A program made the position numbers and the translations under genes. DNA of 64,000 nucleotides, from NCBI RefSeq assembly GCF_009914755.1, contig NC_060932.1; one strand, given 5' to 3'. How positions within the stretch are numbered: position 1 is the stretch's first letter; the number at the start of each line of letters is the position of its first letter. The DNA is from the human T2T-CHM13v2.0 reference genome, Homo sapiens. Shown here one piece after another: positions 1 through 13,592 of this stretch. The notes beneath the pieces are model-generated. The model was given only the letters and a program-made list of their open reading frames with translations. It did not search any database and was not told where the DNA came from.

Positions 1-974
1 TAACTGCTGTCAGCATTTTTCTCATTTAAACAAATAAAGCTGACAAATGATGAAGTTCTGTGCTGCTCCATTATGTTTAGTACATGCAGAGCAATTAGTC
101 ATCTGCTGCCAACGTTAGTCTATCTACAACTAAACCATCCAACGGCCTAGAAAGCTTATTAGCATATCAGTACCATAGTCATATTTGTATATTCTCTAAG
201 ACTCTACTCCATAACAAAGGCTGATGGTTATAATTTGCACAATAATTTAAAGGGTTGGACTTTTCTATGCTTATTAGAGTCATGCCAGTTATCAGGTACA
301 ATTCTACTCTTATTTATGATATGCCATTTTTTATTTGCCTGGAACTTCTGCTCCCCTGTAGCATTTTCTATGAACAAGTTAGCTGCCATCTCTGGAGATA
401 CTGAAGTAAATAGCCGTTTCTGCAGGAACACTGTTAGATGAAATTCAGTGGAGGAAGAGCAATTTTCTTAAAGCCGCATTCCTTGGATATTTCTCATTTG
501 TGAATATATCACGTATATGTATGCATATATGTGTATACACTCATGTACTATTACATATGTGTATAAGGGTATGTATGTATACATGCATACTGCCTATGTA
601 AATGTGTATTTGTATGTATATCATTTGATCAGTGAGGATTTGAGAAAGAATGTATTTAAAAAATTGTTTGTCTTATTCAACAGTTATTTATTGTTATGGT
701 GGGGGAAAATATAATACAAAGAATTCGTGATTTGCCAAGGCTTCTTTTAGAGGGGATGGTTTGATAAAACTGAAGACCTCATGTTAGAAGAAGGCCTAAT
801 CTAGAGAGATAATATACCTTTTGTGGGATGGTAATGTCACTTGTGGCCTTTTAAAGAAGCCTGCCACTCTGATGCCACTGGTTGGGAAAATACTGTGTTT
901 GGGAGCAGTTGTTTTATATGCACTTTGCTCTGCTGATCACATGGGGAGCCTCTGCTGGTAACTGGGCCATCCTA

Positions 975-1660
975 ATGTTGAAATCTTGACTTCAGCATTT
1001 TCCTCCCAACTGTGGTTAGCCTGAATGAGGGGTTACAAAACCTACTGACAAGAGTGGGGTAAGACAAGATATAATCTTCATAGTAGGGTGCCCTGGTCCC
1101 TTGTTTATGCTTTCCAAAGCACAATGTGCAGTTCTCTTTGTCTATGTGACCACCCTTTCTAGTTGGGGCCTTGCTCACCCTGTAGGGACTGCTCTGCCCA
1201 GGGCTGGCTAATTTTTAGAGAGATCAAACAACTTGCCTGTGAGTTTGCCTTTCATATGCAAACCAAGCAATCCAGAGGCCACACCCCTAACCACCATTTC
1301 TATGGAGCTCTTATACTCCAGATCACTGTTCCCCTGCCCTAACCCCAGGACTAGGTACCAGACAACTCGGGTACCAACAACGCCACAGAGCCCACTGACA
1401 TTATGCAAGCTAGCCAATCCCAGCATATTGTTTCTTCCCATGCAAACCACAATGGAAAGGCCCTTGGCCACATGTTCCCCTACCAGTTCTGCCTCCTGAA
1501 AGACCCCCATGCTTCCCCATCTGGCTCTATGTGGCTTGCTGTGACTCCTGTCTCTCAGGACCTGTGAGTGTCAACTTCTTCCTTCATAAAAGTCACTTCC
1601 ATATCTAAATCTCTTAAAATACTTTATTGAAAAAAAATCCTGGGTATTCTTAAAATACTA
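975..1660 (+). mobile_element. Old ERVL-class solo LTR fragment (MER54/MER74-like)
   Basis: Motifs resembling the consensus: 'aaccaagcaatccagag..cacacccctaaccacc', 'ggtaccagacaact', 'ctagccaatcc', 'aaaccacaatggaaagg..cttggccac'. Subfamily uncertain. Confidence 0.5.
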
Positions 1661-1857
1661 TGGTGCCAAGATTAAATCATAGCAAGTTTTGTGTTTTGGA
1701 TTTGGACATTCACTACTTTATAAACATGATAACCCTGAACCATTTTGAGATAGTGATTGTCTTCATTTCCAAGCTGAAAAAAATCATAGCTTAGATATTC
1801 TTATAAGATGAGGAAAGTGAAAAACATGAAAGTGCTTCCCATTAGCTTGAACCTATT

Positions 1858-4390
1858 CCTTTTTTTTAATTGATACATAATTTACATATTTTGGGGCACT
1901 TGTGATATTTTGATACATTCATAAAATGGCTAATAATCAAATAAGGATAATAGAAATATCCAGCACCTCAAACACTTATGTTTATGCTGGGAATATTCAA
2001 ATTCCTCTTTTCTAGCTATTTTGAAATATGCAATAGATTATCGTTAACTAGTCACTGTACTGAACTGTCAAACACTGGATTTTAGTCCTTCTACTTAACT
2101 GTATTTTATTACCCATTCTTCAACCTGTCTTCTCTCCTCATCCCCCTTCTTGGCCTCTGGTAACCACCAGTCTACTCTCTATTTTCATGAGATCCACTTT
2201 TTCAGTTCCCACATATGAGTAAGAATGTGTGATATTTGTCTCTGCACTTGGCTTATTGCACTTAACATATGACCTCCAGTTTCATTCATGTTGCTACAAA
2301 TGACAAGATTTTATTCCTTTGTATGGTTGAATAATATTTCATGATATATACCGCATTTTCTTCATCAATTCCTTTACTGATGGATACTTAGGATGATTCA
2401 CGGGGTCGCAGATATCTCTTTGATATATTGATTTCCTTTTTAGGAGGATATATATGCCTAGTAGTGGGACTGTTGAATCATATGGAAGATATATTTTTAG
2501 TTTTTCAAGGAACCTTTATACTGTCTTCTATAGTGACTATATTAATTTACATCCCCAAAAATGGTGTATGAGGGTTCTCTGTCTCCACATTCTCTCTAGC
2601 ACCTATCTTTTTTTGTCTTTTTGACACAAAACATTTTAACTGGGGTGAGATGTGGTTTTGATTTGCATTTCCCTGATGATTAGTGATGTTTGGCTATTTT
2701 AAAATATATATTTTTGGCCTTTTGATAAATGTCTTTTCAGGTCTTGATCTTTTGCCCATTTTTAAATCTTTTGTTCTGTTTTTTGCTATTGAGTGGTTTG
2801 AACTCCTCATATGTTCGGTTATTAATCCCTTGTCAGATAGATAGTTTGCAAATATTTTCTCATTTTCAGTGGGTTGTCTTTTAGTTATTTCCTTTGCTGT
2901 TCAGAAGCTTTTTAGCTTGATGTAATCCTATTTGTCTATTTTTACATTGGTTACCAGTGTTTTTAAGGACTTATTAAATAAATTTTTGCCTCAACCAGTG
3001 TCCTGGAGAGTTTCTTCAATGTTTTCTTTGAGTGATTTCATAGTTTCATATATTAGATTTGTTTTTATTTTGATCTGACTTTTGTATATGGTGACAGATA
3101 AGGGTCTAATTTCATTTTTCTGTATATGGATATCCAGTTTTCCCGGAACCATTTATTGAAGATACTATCCTTTCGTCAGAGTTCTTGGTGCCATTCAGAG
3201 TTTTTTATGGGTCCGTACAAATTTTAGGATAGCTTTTTCTATGTTTGAGAAAGAAGTCATTGGTATTTTAATAGGGAGTGTCTTGAATCTGTACATTGCT
3301 TTGTGTAGTATTGACATTTTAATAACATTAATTCTTGCAATCCATGAACATGGAATATCTTTACTTTTGTGTATGTCCTCTTCGATTTCTTTCACCAGAG
3401 TTTTATCATTTTCTTTGTGGAGATCTTCTATGTCTTTGGTTAAGTTCATTCCCAGGTATTTTTTGTGGGGGGTGGGGGGGTGGGGAGAGCTATTATAAAT
3501 GAAATTGCTTTCTTGATTTCTTTTTCAGATTATTCATCACTAACATATTTAATTGCTACTGATATTTGTACATTGATTTTGTATTCTGCAACTCTATAGA
3601 ATTTGGTTGTCAGTTCCAATGTTTCTTGGTGGACTCTACATTTTTCTAAATATAAGATCAAGTCATCTACAAACAAGGCTAATTTGACTTTTTCCTCTCC
3701 AAATGGATGCCTTTTATTTGTTTCTCTTGCCTGATTGCTCTGGCTAGGACTTCCAGTACTATGTTGAATGAAAATATAAAAGTGGACATCCTTGTTGTGT
3801 TTCAGATTAAGGGGAAAGGCTTTCAGTGTTTCTTTGTTCAGTAGGTTGTTAGCTGTAGGTTTGTCATATATGGCCTTTAATGTTTGAGGTATGTTCTTTC
3901 TATGTATAATTTTTCGAGGTTTTTATTATGAAGGGATGTTGAAATTTGTCAAATGCTTTTTCAGCATCTATTTAAATGATCATTTTTTCTTATTTTTGGT
4001 TCTGTTAATATGATGTGTCATGTTTATTGATTTGCATATGTTGAAGTGTCCTCACCTCTCTGAGATCAATCCTCCTTGATTATGGTTAATGATCCTTTAA
4101 TGTGTTACTGAATTTGGTTTGCTAGTATTTCATTGAGGATCTGTGTTCATCAACTATATTGACATGTAGTTTTGTTGTTATTATTGTGTCTTTGTCTGAT
4201 TTTGGTATCAGGGTAATGCTGCTCTCAAGTAATGAGTTTGGAAGTATTCTCTCCTCTTCAATTTTTTTTTTAATTTTTTGAGACTTGTTTTGTGGCCTAC
4301 CCTATGGTCCATTCTGGAGAATATGTTATGTGCTGAAGAGATGAAAGTGTCTTCTTGTAGCAGCTGGGTAAAATGCTTAAACACATTTCT
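1858..4390 (-). mobile_element. L1MA-type LINE-1 fragment (3'UTR plus ORF2 pieces, internal deletions)
   Basis: T-rich tail at left. ORF 3195-3449 (-) is a degenerate ORF2 segment (KDIPCSWIARINVIKMSILHKAMYRF). Confidence 0.85.
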
Positions 4391-4719
4391 TACCTTAAAG
4401 GTTATTGAATGCTTCTTTGGTGAGACTCCACTTCTCAAAGTGTGGGTGTATTCTGCTTTAATAGGTCTCCCTGTTCTGCAATATAGGAGCTCTGGAATAT
4501 TGAAGTCGCTTTACCTCCTCCTACCTGTATGCATTGATGGATGTTCTCTCTCCCACCTTTTACTCTTTAAAGGAGCTCATCGACCGTTTGCCCAGAGAGG
4601 AAAACATAAAGCAAGCCCTGTTCTCCAGAGCCTAGTGCCTCCATTTTACCTGCTCCACTTTACTTTCTAATATGCATGCTCCACTCCAGCTTGCTTTCTG
4701 TCCTAACAAACAAATAAAT

Positions 4720-5962
4720 TAATGGCATTAGAGGTACGAGTGGTTTTTGGTTACACGGATGAATTGTATACTAGTGAAGTCTGGGCTTTTAATGTACCTG
4801 TCACCTAAATAGTGTACATTGTACCCCATAAGTAGTTTTATATCCCTCATCCTATCCAATCCTCCCCACTTCTGAGAATCCAGTGTCCATTATACCATCC
4901 TGTATGCCCCTGCATACCCATGGCTTGGCTCCCAATTATATGTGAAAACATGCAGTATTTGGTTTCCCATTCCTGAGCTACTTCATTTAGGAAAATGGTC
5001 TCCAGTTCCATCCAAGTTACTGCAAAATACATGATTTCATTGTTTTTTTGTGGCTGAGTGGCGCTCCATGATATGATACATTTTCTTTGTCCATTTATTT
5101 GTTGACGGGCCCTTAGCTTGATTCCCTATCTTTGCAATTATGAATTGTAGTACAATAAACATACAAATTCAGGTATCTTCTTGATATAATGACTTCGTTT
5201 TCTTTGGGTAGATACCCAGTAGTGGGATTACTGGATCAAGTGGTAGATCTACTTTAGTCTTTTGAGAAATCTCCATACTGTTTTCAACAGAGGTTTTACT
5301 GATTTACGCTTACAATAGTGTGTAACTATTCCCTTTTCACCACATCCATGCCAACATCTATTATTTTTTGACTTTTTAATAATGGTCATTTTGATTGGGG
5401 TAAGGTGGTAGCTTATGGTGGTTTTAATTTGCATTTCCTTATAATTAGTAATGTTGAGCATTTTTTTCTATCTTTGTTGGATACTTACATATCTTCTTTT
5501 GAAAACAATCTGTGTTGTTCGTCTACTTTTTGGTGGGATTATTTGTCTTTTCTTGCTGACTTGCTTGAGTCCCTTGTAGATTCTGGATATTATTTCTTTG
5601 TGAGATGTATAGTTTGCAAATATTTTCTCCTATTCTGTAGGTTGGCTATTTACTCTGTTATTTCTTTTGCTGTGGAAAAGCTTTTAAGTTTAAGTCTCAT
5701 TTATTTTTGTTTTTATTGCATTTGCTTTTGGTTCTTAGTCATAAATTCTTTGCCTAGGCCAATGTCTACAATAATTTTTCTAGGTTTTCTTCTAAAATTT
5801 TTACAGCTTATGGTCCTACATTCAAGTCTTTAATCCAATTTGAGTTAATTGTTGTATATGGTGAGAGGGATCCAGTTTCATTCTTCTGCATTTGGTGATC
5901 CAGTTTACCCAGCACCATTTATTGAATTAGGGTGTCCTTTCCCCAGTATATGTTTTTGTCTG
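4720..5962 (-). mobile_element. L1PB-type LINE-1 3' fragment
   Basis: 3'UTR 'ttttggttacacggatgaattgtata..gtgaagtctg'. ORF2 C-terminal remnants ([29 protein letters not shown]). Confidence 0.85.
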
Positions 5963-7469
5963 CTTCTAAGAAACTTTTTAAAAACCTTCCTTTATTTCCA
6001 CTTTCTGTGACATTCTTCCCTCTTGCCTTTGCCTGCCAACTCTGCCTTCTCCTGGCCTTTGTCTGCCCATTCATATTTCTTCTTTCATTAAAGTGTAAAC
6101 AAAGAAAAAACAAAGCAGCAGGAACAACATCATCATCATCTGTAAGGCTTCTTTTCTCCTATTTGATTTAGGAGTTGGCTTTCTGGACTCATAGTCTCTG
6201 ACAGGGAAAACACAGTGCTTTTGTGCTTTCACAAACAGGGGAAATGTGAGTTACCAACTGTCATCAAGATGATTTTCTGTTACGTGGGTTCCTCCTACAA
6301 ATTTAGAAAGTATACCTCAAACTGCACATGGTGACTTATGTGGCCATGACCATCTCTCATCACACATCATAAATAACACGTTATTAATTGAGTGGAAGGG
6401 AACGTTTCCCCAGCCTGACTAATCCTACACCTCCATTCTTGTTTTTTAAATCCTGAAACCAAGATATAATCATGATCCACCTCCTCCATCGAGAGTTCTG
6501 GACTCATTTTGATTATAGTGATGCTTCTATCCCCTGAATTTCTTTTGGACTTAAAGGAAAAAGCATAGTTAGGTACTTAATTTAAAAAAATAGTTCCATG
6601 TATTAACCTTATTGCCACAATCAAGTGTAAGTACTAAAATAAAGGAACAGAATTGAATTGTTAAGAGGCACCTGAGCATAGTGCTGGTTTTGGTGTGCGA
6701 ACACCAGGCTCACACACCAGACCCTTCATTTACAAACGCTGACTGTGGACAAATGACGTAGCCTCCTGAGTCATAGTTCTTTCCTCTGCAAAGTAGGGAC
6801 ACAATAGCATGCACTGCCACAGAGTACCGTGGAAATGTAAAGAGCGCATAGGTTCGAGACTTATCATGACATGAGGCAATTAGATGGAATTCAATAAGCA
6901 TTGCCTCTTTTTCTCCCAACCGGCCTATCCTAGAGCAAAGCACAACCTCAGAGAATGTGTGCTGGATGAAGAGGACGTGCTGGCTGTGAAGGCTGCTTCC
7001 CTGTTTGTGATGAGTTAACTGGTGAGGCAAGTGAGGTGCCCCTTCCATCCTTGGTACAGGACGACTGCTCATCCCAAAGAAAGAAAGGTTGATAGTCCTT
7101 GGTCAAAGGTGGAGAAGAAGCTCATGCTCTCCAGTTAGAAGCACCAGACAATTTGTTTAATTTTAGAAGGAGGATGTAAAGTAACAAAAAAAAAAAAAAC
7201 CATTAAAAGGTTGTGGTCTTAATAGCTGCATCTCAGTTCACTGCTGTGCCCTTAGCCACTCTTTCTATAAAAACCCCCCTTTCTTCCCCTCCTCATACCA
7301 TTGCTATGGGGGCCTCCCTGGGTTCTCTTCTCAGGGCTTTAAGACTAACTTGGTTTATGTGTACTGCTATGATGTATCAATGAAAAAATACAGAAAAGCA
7401 AAAAATGTTTTAAGTGATGGATATCCCAGTTACTCTGATTTGATCAGTACATATTGTATACATGTATCA

Positions 7470-7619
<150 letters not shown>

Positions 7620-8207
7620 TCAACTTGTCTCCTCTTTGTGCTCATTCCTTCTTTTGGTCCCATTGGCTTTGTTGTCCTGAGCCTTTGAATGCCGATGCCT
7701 TCGTCCTTCCTCAGATTTTCAGCCTGGTCACCCCATCTGCAAATGTTCACTGACTCCTCTTTCTTCTAAGCCAGACTGTTACAATGACTCACCCCAGCTG
7801 CCAAACCCAGACGTAGGGGCACTTAGAACAACTTGGAACTGTGTCCCTGGCATTGATTTGTGGAGGCCTCTTTGGCTTGGAGAATCCCAGCAATCAACAT
7901 TGTGTAAAATCTATGAGGAATGTAGTACCAAAGAAAGACAAACAGCACTAAGTCAAGGTGCTGTGAGAACTATTCTATTGCATGGGAGCCGGAATTGGTT
8001 GATAATACTTTACACGTGTGCTTTCCAGCCTACTCAGCTGTTGAAATTTAATTAGCAGTAATATATTATTGTCAAAGTAATTAAAACCTTGCCTTGATTA
8101 AAAACAGGATTGTTTAATTAAAAAGAAAAGGTTTGGCTAACCTTAACTTTCTGTTTGAGAAATATAACAGCCTCAGCTGATTTGTCTCTTATCTCTCCCA
8201 CCATCAG

Positions 8208-8351
8208 GTTTGAAGGTCCGCGAAGTGTTCATCAATGTTACTAGGCAACAGGTGGAGGACTTCCATGGGCCCGAGGACTATTGGTGCCAGTGTGTGGCGT
8301 GGAGCCACCTGGGTACCTCCAAGAGCAGGAAGGCCTCTGTGCGCATAGCCT
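8208..8351 (+). CDS. UNC5D: Netrin receptor UNC5D coding exon (probably exon 3; end of first Ig domain)
   Basis: Polypyrimidine tract and CAG acceptor (8205-8207), GTAAGT donor at 8352. Phase 1-1, 144 bp. Reads (G)[47 protein letters not shown](Y), recognised as UNC5D Ig sequence. Confidence 0.96.
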
Positions 8352-8488
8352 GTAAGTACATTCTGGGTGACCTTGTCTTGTAGGACCACAAATGAGAGTT
8401 AAATAGAGCTGAAGAGAGGTTTTACAGATGTCAGATGCTTCTACAGAATGTAAATGAGAGGACTTAAATTTACTCTTCTAAAATGTTA

Positions 8489-8876
<388 letters not shown>

Positions 8877-10717
8877 CTAGACAGTCGGAGTGCAGGTGTC
8901 TCAACAATGCCAGGGAAAACCTGTTCCTGAGAGAATGAAATTCATGCAAATGGATTCTGCTGTTCACCGTCAATGACAAAGTTCAAGGGGCACTTATGGG
9001 AAAAGTTGAGCAATGACTGTTTACTTTCCAGCAAATCTGCAAGAATACTACATTAAAGACATTAAGGGATTTTTATAACCTACTGTTCAATCTCTTCTCT
9101 CTGAATCTTAAAACATGGAAATGGGTTTTAAAACTGCATTAGTTTGACCCAAGTAGGACTAAAAAAAAAAAAAAAAAAATACACACTTGGAAAAAAGTAT
9201 GAAAGAAAGAAAATTGCTTTTCAGAAGGGTCCAATATTTCTTTATCATATTTCAGCATCAGTGTTTTTATAATTTTAAAAAAGTTTCATAAATACACAAA
9301 CTTTTTTTCTCCTCCTTGCAAATGTCTTCAGCCCTCCCACTTCCATTATTCCACCTCCATGGATCCCCATAAAACCTCTTTTGTGTGCCTGGGATGGTAA
9401 AATCACCTCCAGAAAGAAATTGGGAGATAGGGGAAGAGATGGTTATTGTTGTTTTATTCAAATACTGCCTTTTGAGAGTGTCATGAAGAATACAGGATGA
9501 GAGACTGCAGCAGATGTTGATGGTTTAGAGATTAATAATAGGAGTGAATTGCTATTTGCAGAGACATTTATGTTCCCAGGGGGAATGAAATCTTCCTCTC
9601 AAAACACACATGTCACCTTCATTCTACTGGCAATTTGGGGAGGCCCTCTCCTGGGTATTGCCTGAGTTCTGATAGGCCAGGGAGAAGAGGTCACCTCACA
9701 AGCCAGGCTCTTGGTGTGAGAGCCAAGGGAAATATTTTCCTATAGTTATTTAGTTAATTAATTTTAGCCAACAATTATTTTATGACTTTAAAGTAGCAGG
9801 CCAGCTGAGAGAGAGAATATGTTTGCATTTAATCTCATCTTAAGTTCATGTCTGTGCTCCCAGCATGGTCTCAATCAGGCCAGCCAGGGCATCTGACTTG
9901 AGTCAAGATAAAATAGGTAATTTCAAGGCTCTATCTGCAAAACAGCAGAGGGGATTTCAATATAGACCCCCTCAATTTTTTTCTGCTCACCCTCACTTTT
10001 TCCTTTCCTGTTCTTCACTTCTCTGAGGCCCACATGACCTATACTCTGAACTACTGTAAATAGCTTCTCCCTGATCTCTGCACATGCCTGTCCTCCCCAT
10101 CTCTGTCCTTCTTGCTCACTTAATTCTTCATTGCGACTTGCCTGCTGGAAACTTCCAGGGGTTTTGTCCAGGGAAAAACCTTGTTTTTGCTTACAAAATG
10201 TTGCAAAGACTGGCTCAAATACACCTTTGTTAGTTTCCCGTTGCCATTCATGGTGTATAGTATTATCGGTCCTTCTAAACGCTTTGCTCTTCTGCATGTC
10301 ACCCTCGCATGTCTGACGTGTGCCATCACACCTGCAGTTTCTACTTTCACACATGCGTCGCATGGGGAGGAACCCAGACTCCAGAGTCCTGTTGGTTTCC
10401 AACTTCAGTTCTACTACTTAGTTTTGTGATGGTAGAAAAATTATTTCATCTCTGTGTCTTAATGTTTTCATTGATAAAAGGGTGCCTGGTTCATAGAATT
10501 ATTTTCATAGTTAAAGTTAAACTATATCTAAAACTGTGCCTGGCACATATGAGCATTTATCAATCATCGGCTATTATTTTATGATATATTTGATTCTCCA
10601 CCACCATCTTTCATTTGCAGGTGTCTTAATCCTTATTTAAACAAATTGAATTAAAATTTTAGTAACCTAGTAATTTTTCTTTAGATTATGGATTCTATAA
10701 AAATTTATTCTGGATCA

Positions 10718-11117
<400 letters not shown>

Positions 11118-11139
11118 TTAAAATATATATATACACATA

Positions 11140-11260
11140 GAGAGAGAGAAATGGGGTTTGCTATGTTGCCCAGGCTGCTTGAATTCCTGGCCTCAAGCAG
11201 TTTTTTCTCCTCAGCCTCCCAAAGTGCTGGGATTACAGGCATGAACGACTGAGCCTAGCC
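11140..11260 (-). mobile_element. Alu left monomer (FLAM-like), antisense
   Basis: gctatgttgcccaggctg...cctcccaaagtgctgggattacaggcatga. Confidence 0.85.
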
Positions 11261-11699
11261 CCAGAGAACACTGTTCTATCACTTCCCACCTTTTTAGAAT
11301 CATAAAATATTTTTGTGGTAATAAGCTCCCAAGTTGTTTTAGAGATTTAAAAACTATTTTGTCACTCTTCTGTATCTGTATCAAAGATGTAATAAAGATG
11401 TGATTTCTAAATAAAAATATGTCTGAATATTATTAAAGCCTAAATTATCCAATGTACTTAATATAATCTCTAATATTTGCAACACATACTTAGTTTCTTC
11501 TCATGTAGCAAGTGAGAGGTTTTTTAATTTATTTAAAATTATTTATGCAAGTCAAGACATGATTTGTCATTAAATATTGCATTTGACTTGGGGACCAGTG
11601 TACATTAAAATGCAAATTGAAATTTAACTAGTGTAATGGCATCAAAAGTCAGGGGGGTGGGGGAGTTGCCTTTAGGACCTTGCCTAGAATTCTTTTGAT

Positions 11700-11930
11700 T
11701 TGCTTGCAGGGAAAAGAAAAAATCCACTTTAGAGAAAAATGTCTTTCATTCTATATGGGGATGAGAGAGATTTCTCGCTGCTATTTGTAAGCACTTTCCT
11801 GCAAGTGACACACTGTGTGTGAGGATCGTCTTTATTCCCAATACATGAAAAGCTAAATTGGATATAATTCACTATGTTTCTTCTTTTAAAGATTGGTTTT
11901 TGAAATACTAGAGACATCTTAATGTGCTAA
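11700..11930 (-). mobile_element. hAT/Charlie-type DNA transposon coding remnant (BED zinc-finger region)
   Basis: ORF 11729-11917 (-) KRRNIVNYIQFSFSCIGNKDDPHTQCVTCRKVLTNSS resembles the Buster/Charlie transposase motif Y..FGF...G..D.P..QCV.C..VL.NSS. Confidence 0.6.
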
Positions 11931-12072
11931 ATGAGGATTTTGATAGATGAATGTAGCTTATGAATCTGATGACAATCATCTTGAGGGGGCTTTGCAAAAT
12001 TGGTATCCTTTTAATATTGTTCATTAAATTGTTGGAGTTCACCATCAGAGCTCCTTATGTTTCCTGCGTTTA

Positions 12073-12460
<388 letters not shown>

Positions 12461-12799
12461 CTATGGCATCTGGGACAATTCAGCTGAGGGATCCATTGAC
12501 ACGTAGGGTCTTGACATGATCACCTTAGCCAATGTTTACAAAAACACCAGGAAGCTCATTGGAATAATACCACTTTCAGATCATTTGATTTTAAAGGGAA
12601 ATAATATGAACAAAAAAATTTATATAATGCATGTATTCACTGAAATGGATTTCCATGGGGTATTAAGTTAAATATTCAGAGTCCTAGCTTTCACCCCAGG
12701 CTTTCAGATTGAGACTGGAGAAAGGACCTAGAAAGGCATGTTTGTATCAAGTTGTATCCAGGTGATTCTATGATCACCTTTGAGCTGTCTTGCCCAGAA

Positions 12800-13300
<501 letters not shown>

Positions 13301-13407
13301 AATATGTTTCTGAAGCACTATTTGGAAAATGTTGATTTAACCATTCACCCAAATTCCTCATTTAACAGCTGGGAAAGTGATGTTTCAAAAGGCAAAAGGT
13401 TAGGTGA

Positions 13408-13592
13408 GCTGGATATGTTGGTGCGTGCCTGTAGTCATGGCTACTCAGGAGGCTGAGGCAGGAGGATCACTTGAGCCTAGGAGTTTTGGGGCTGTTGTCT
13501 GCTATGATCGCGCCTGTGAATAGCCACTGCACTCCAGCCTGGGGCACACAGCAAGAACCCATCTCTTAGGAAAGAAAAAGAAAAGAAAAAAA
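13408..13592 (+). mobile_element. FAM (fossil Alu monomer)
   Basis: Monomer retaining the 7SL-like 'gcctgtgaatagccactgcactccagcc'; flanked by repeated gttaggtga. Confidence 0.8.

Noticed and set aside
8204-8389. Antisense 61-aa ORF over the UNC5D exon
   Set aside because: Shadow ORF on the opposite strand of a real exon; no independent support.
9923-10402. 159-aa minus-strand ORF
   Set aside because: No recognisable domain, non-ATG start and composition consistent with chance.
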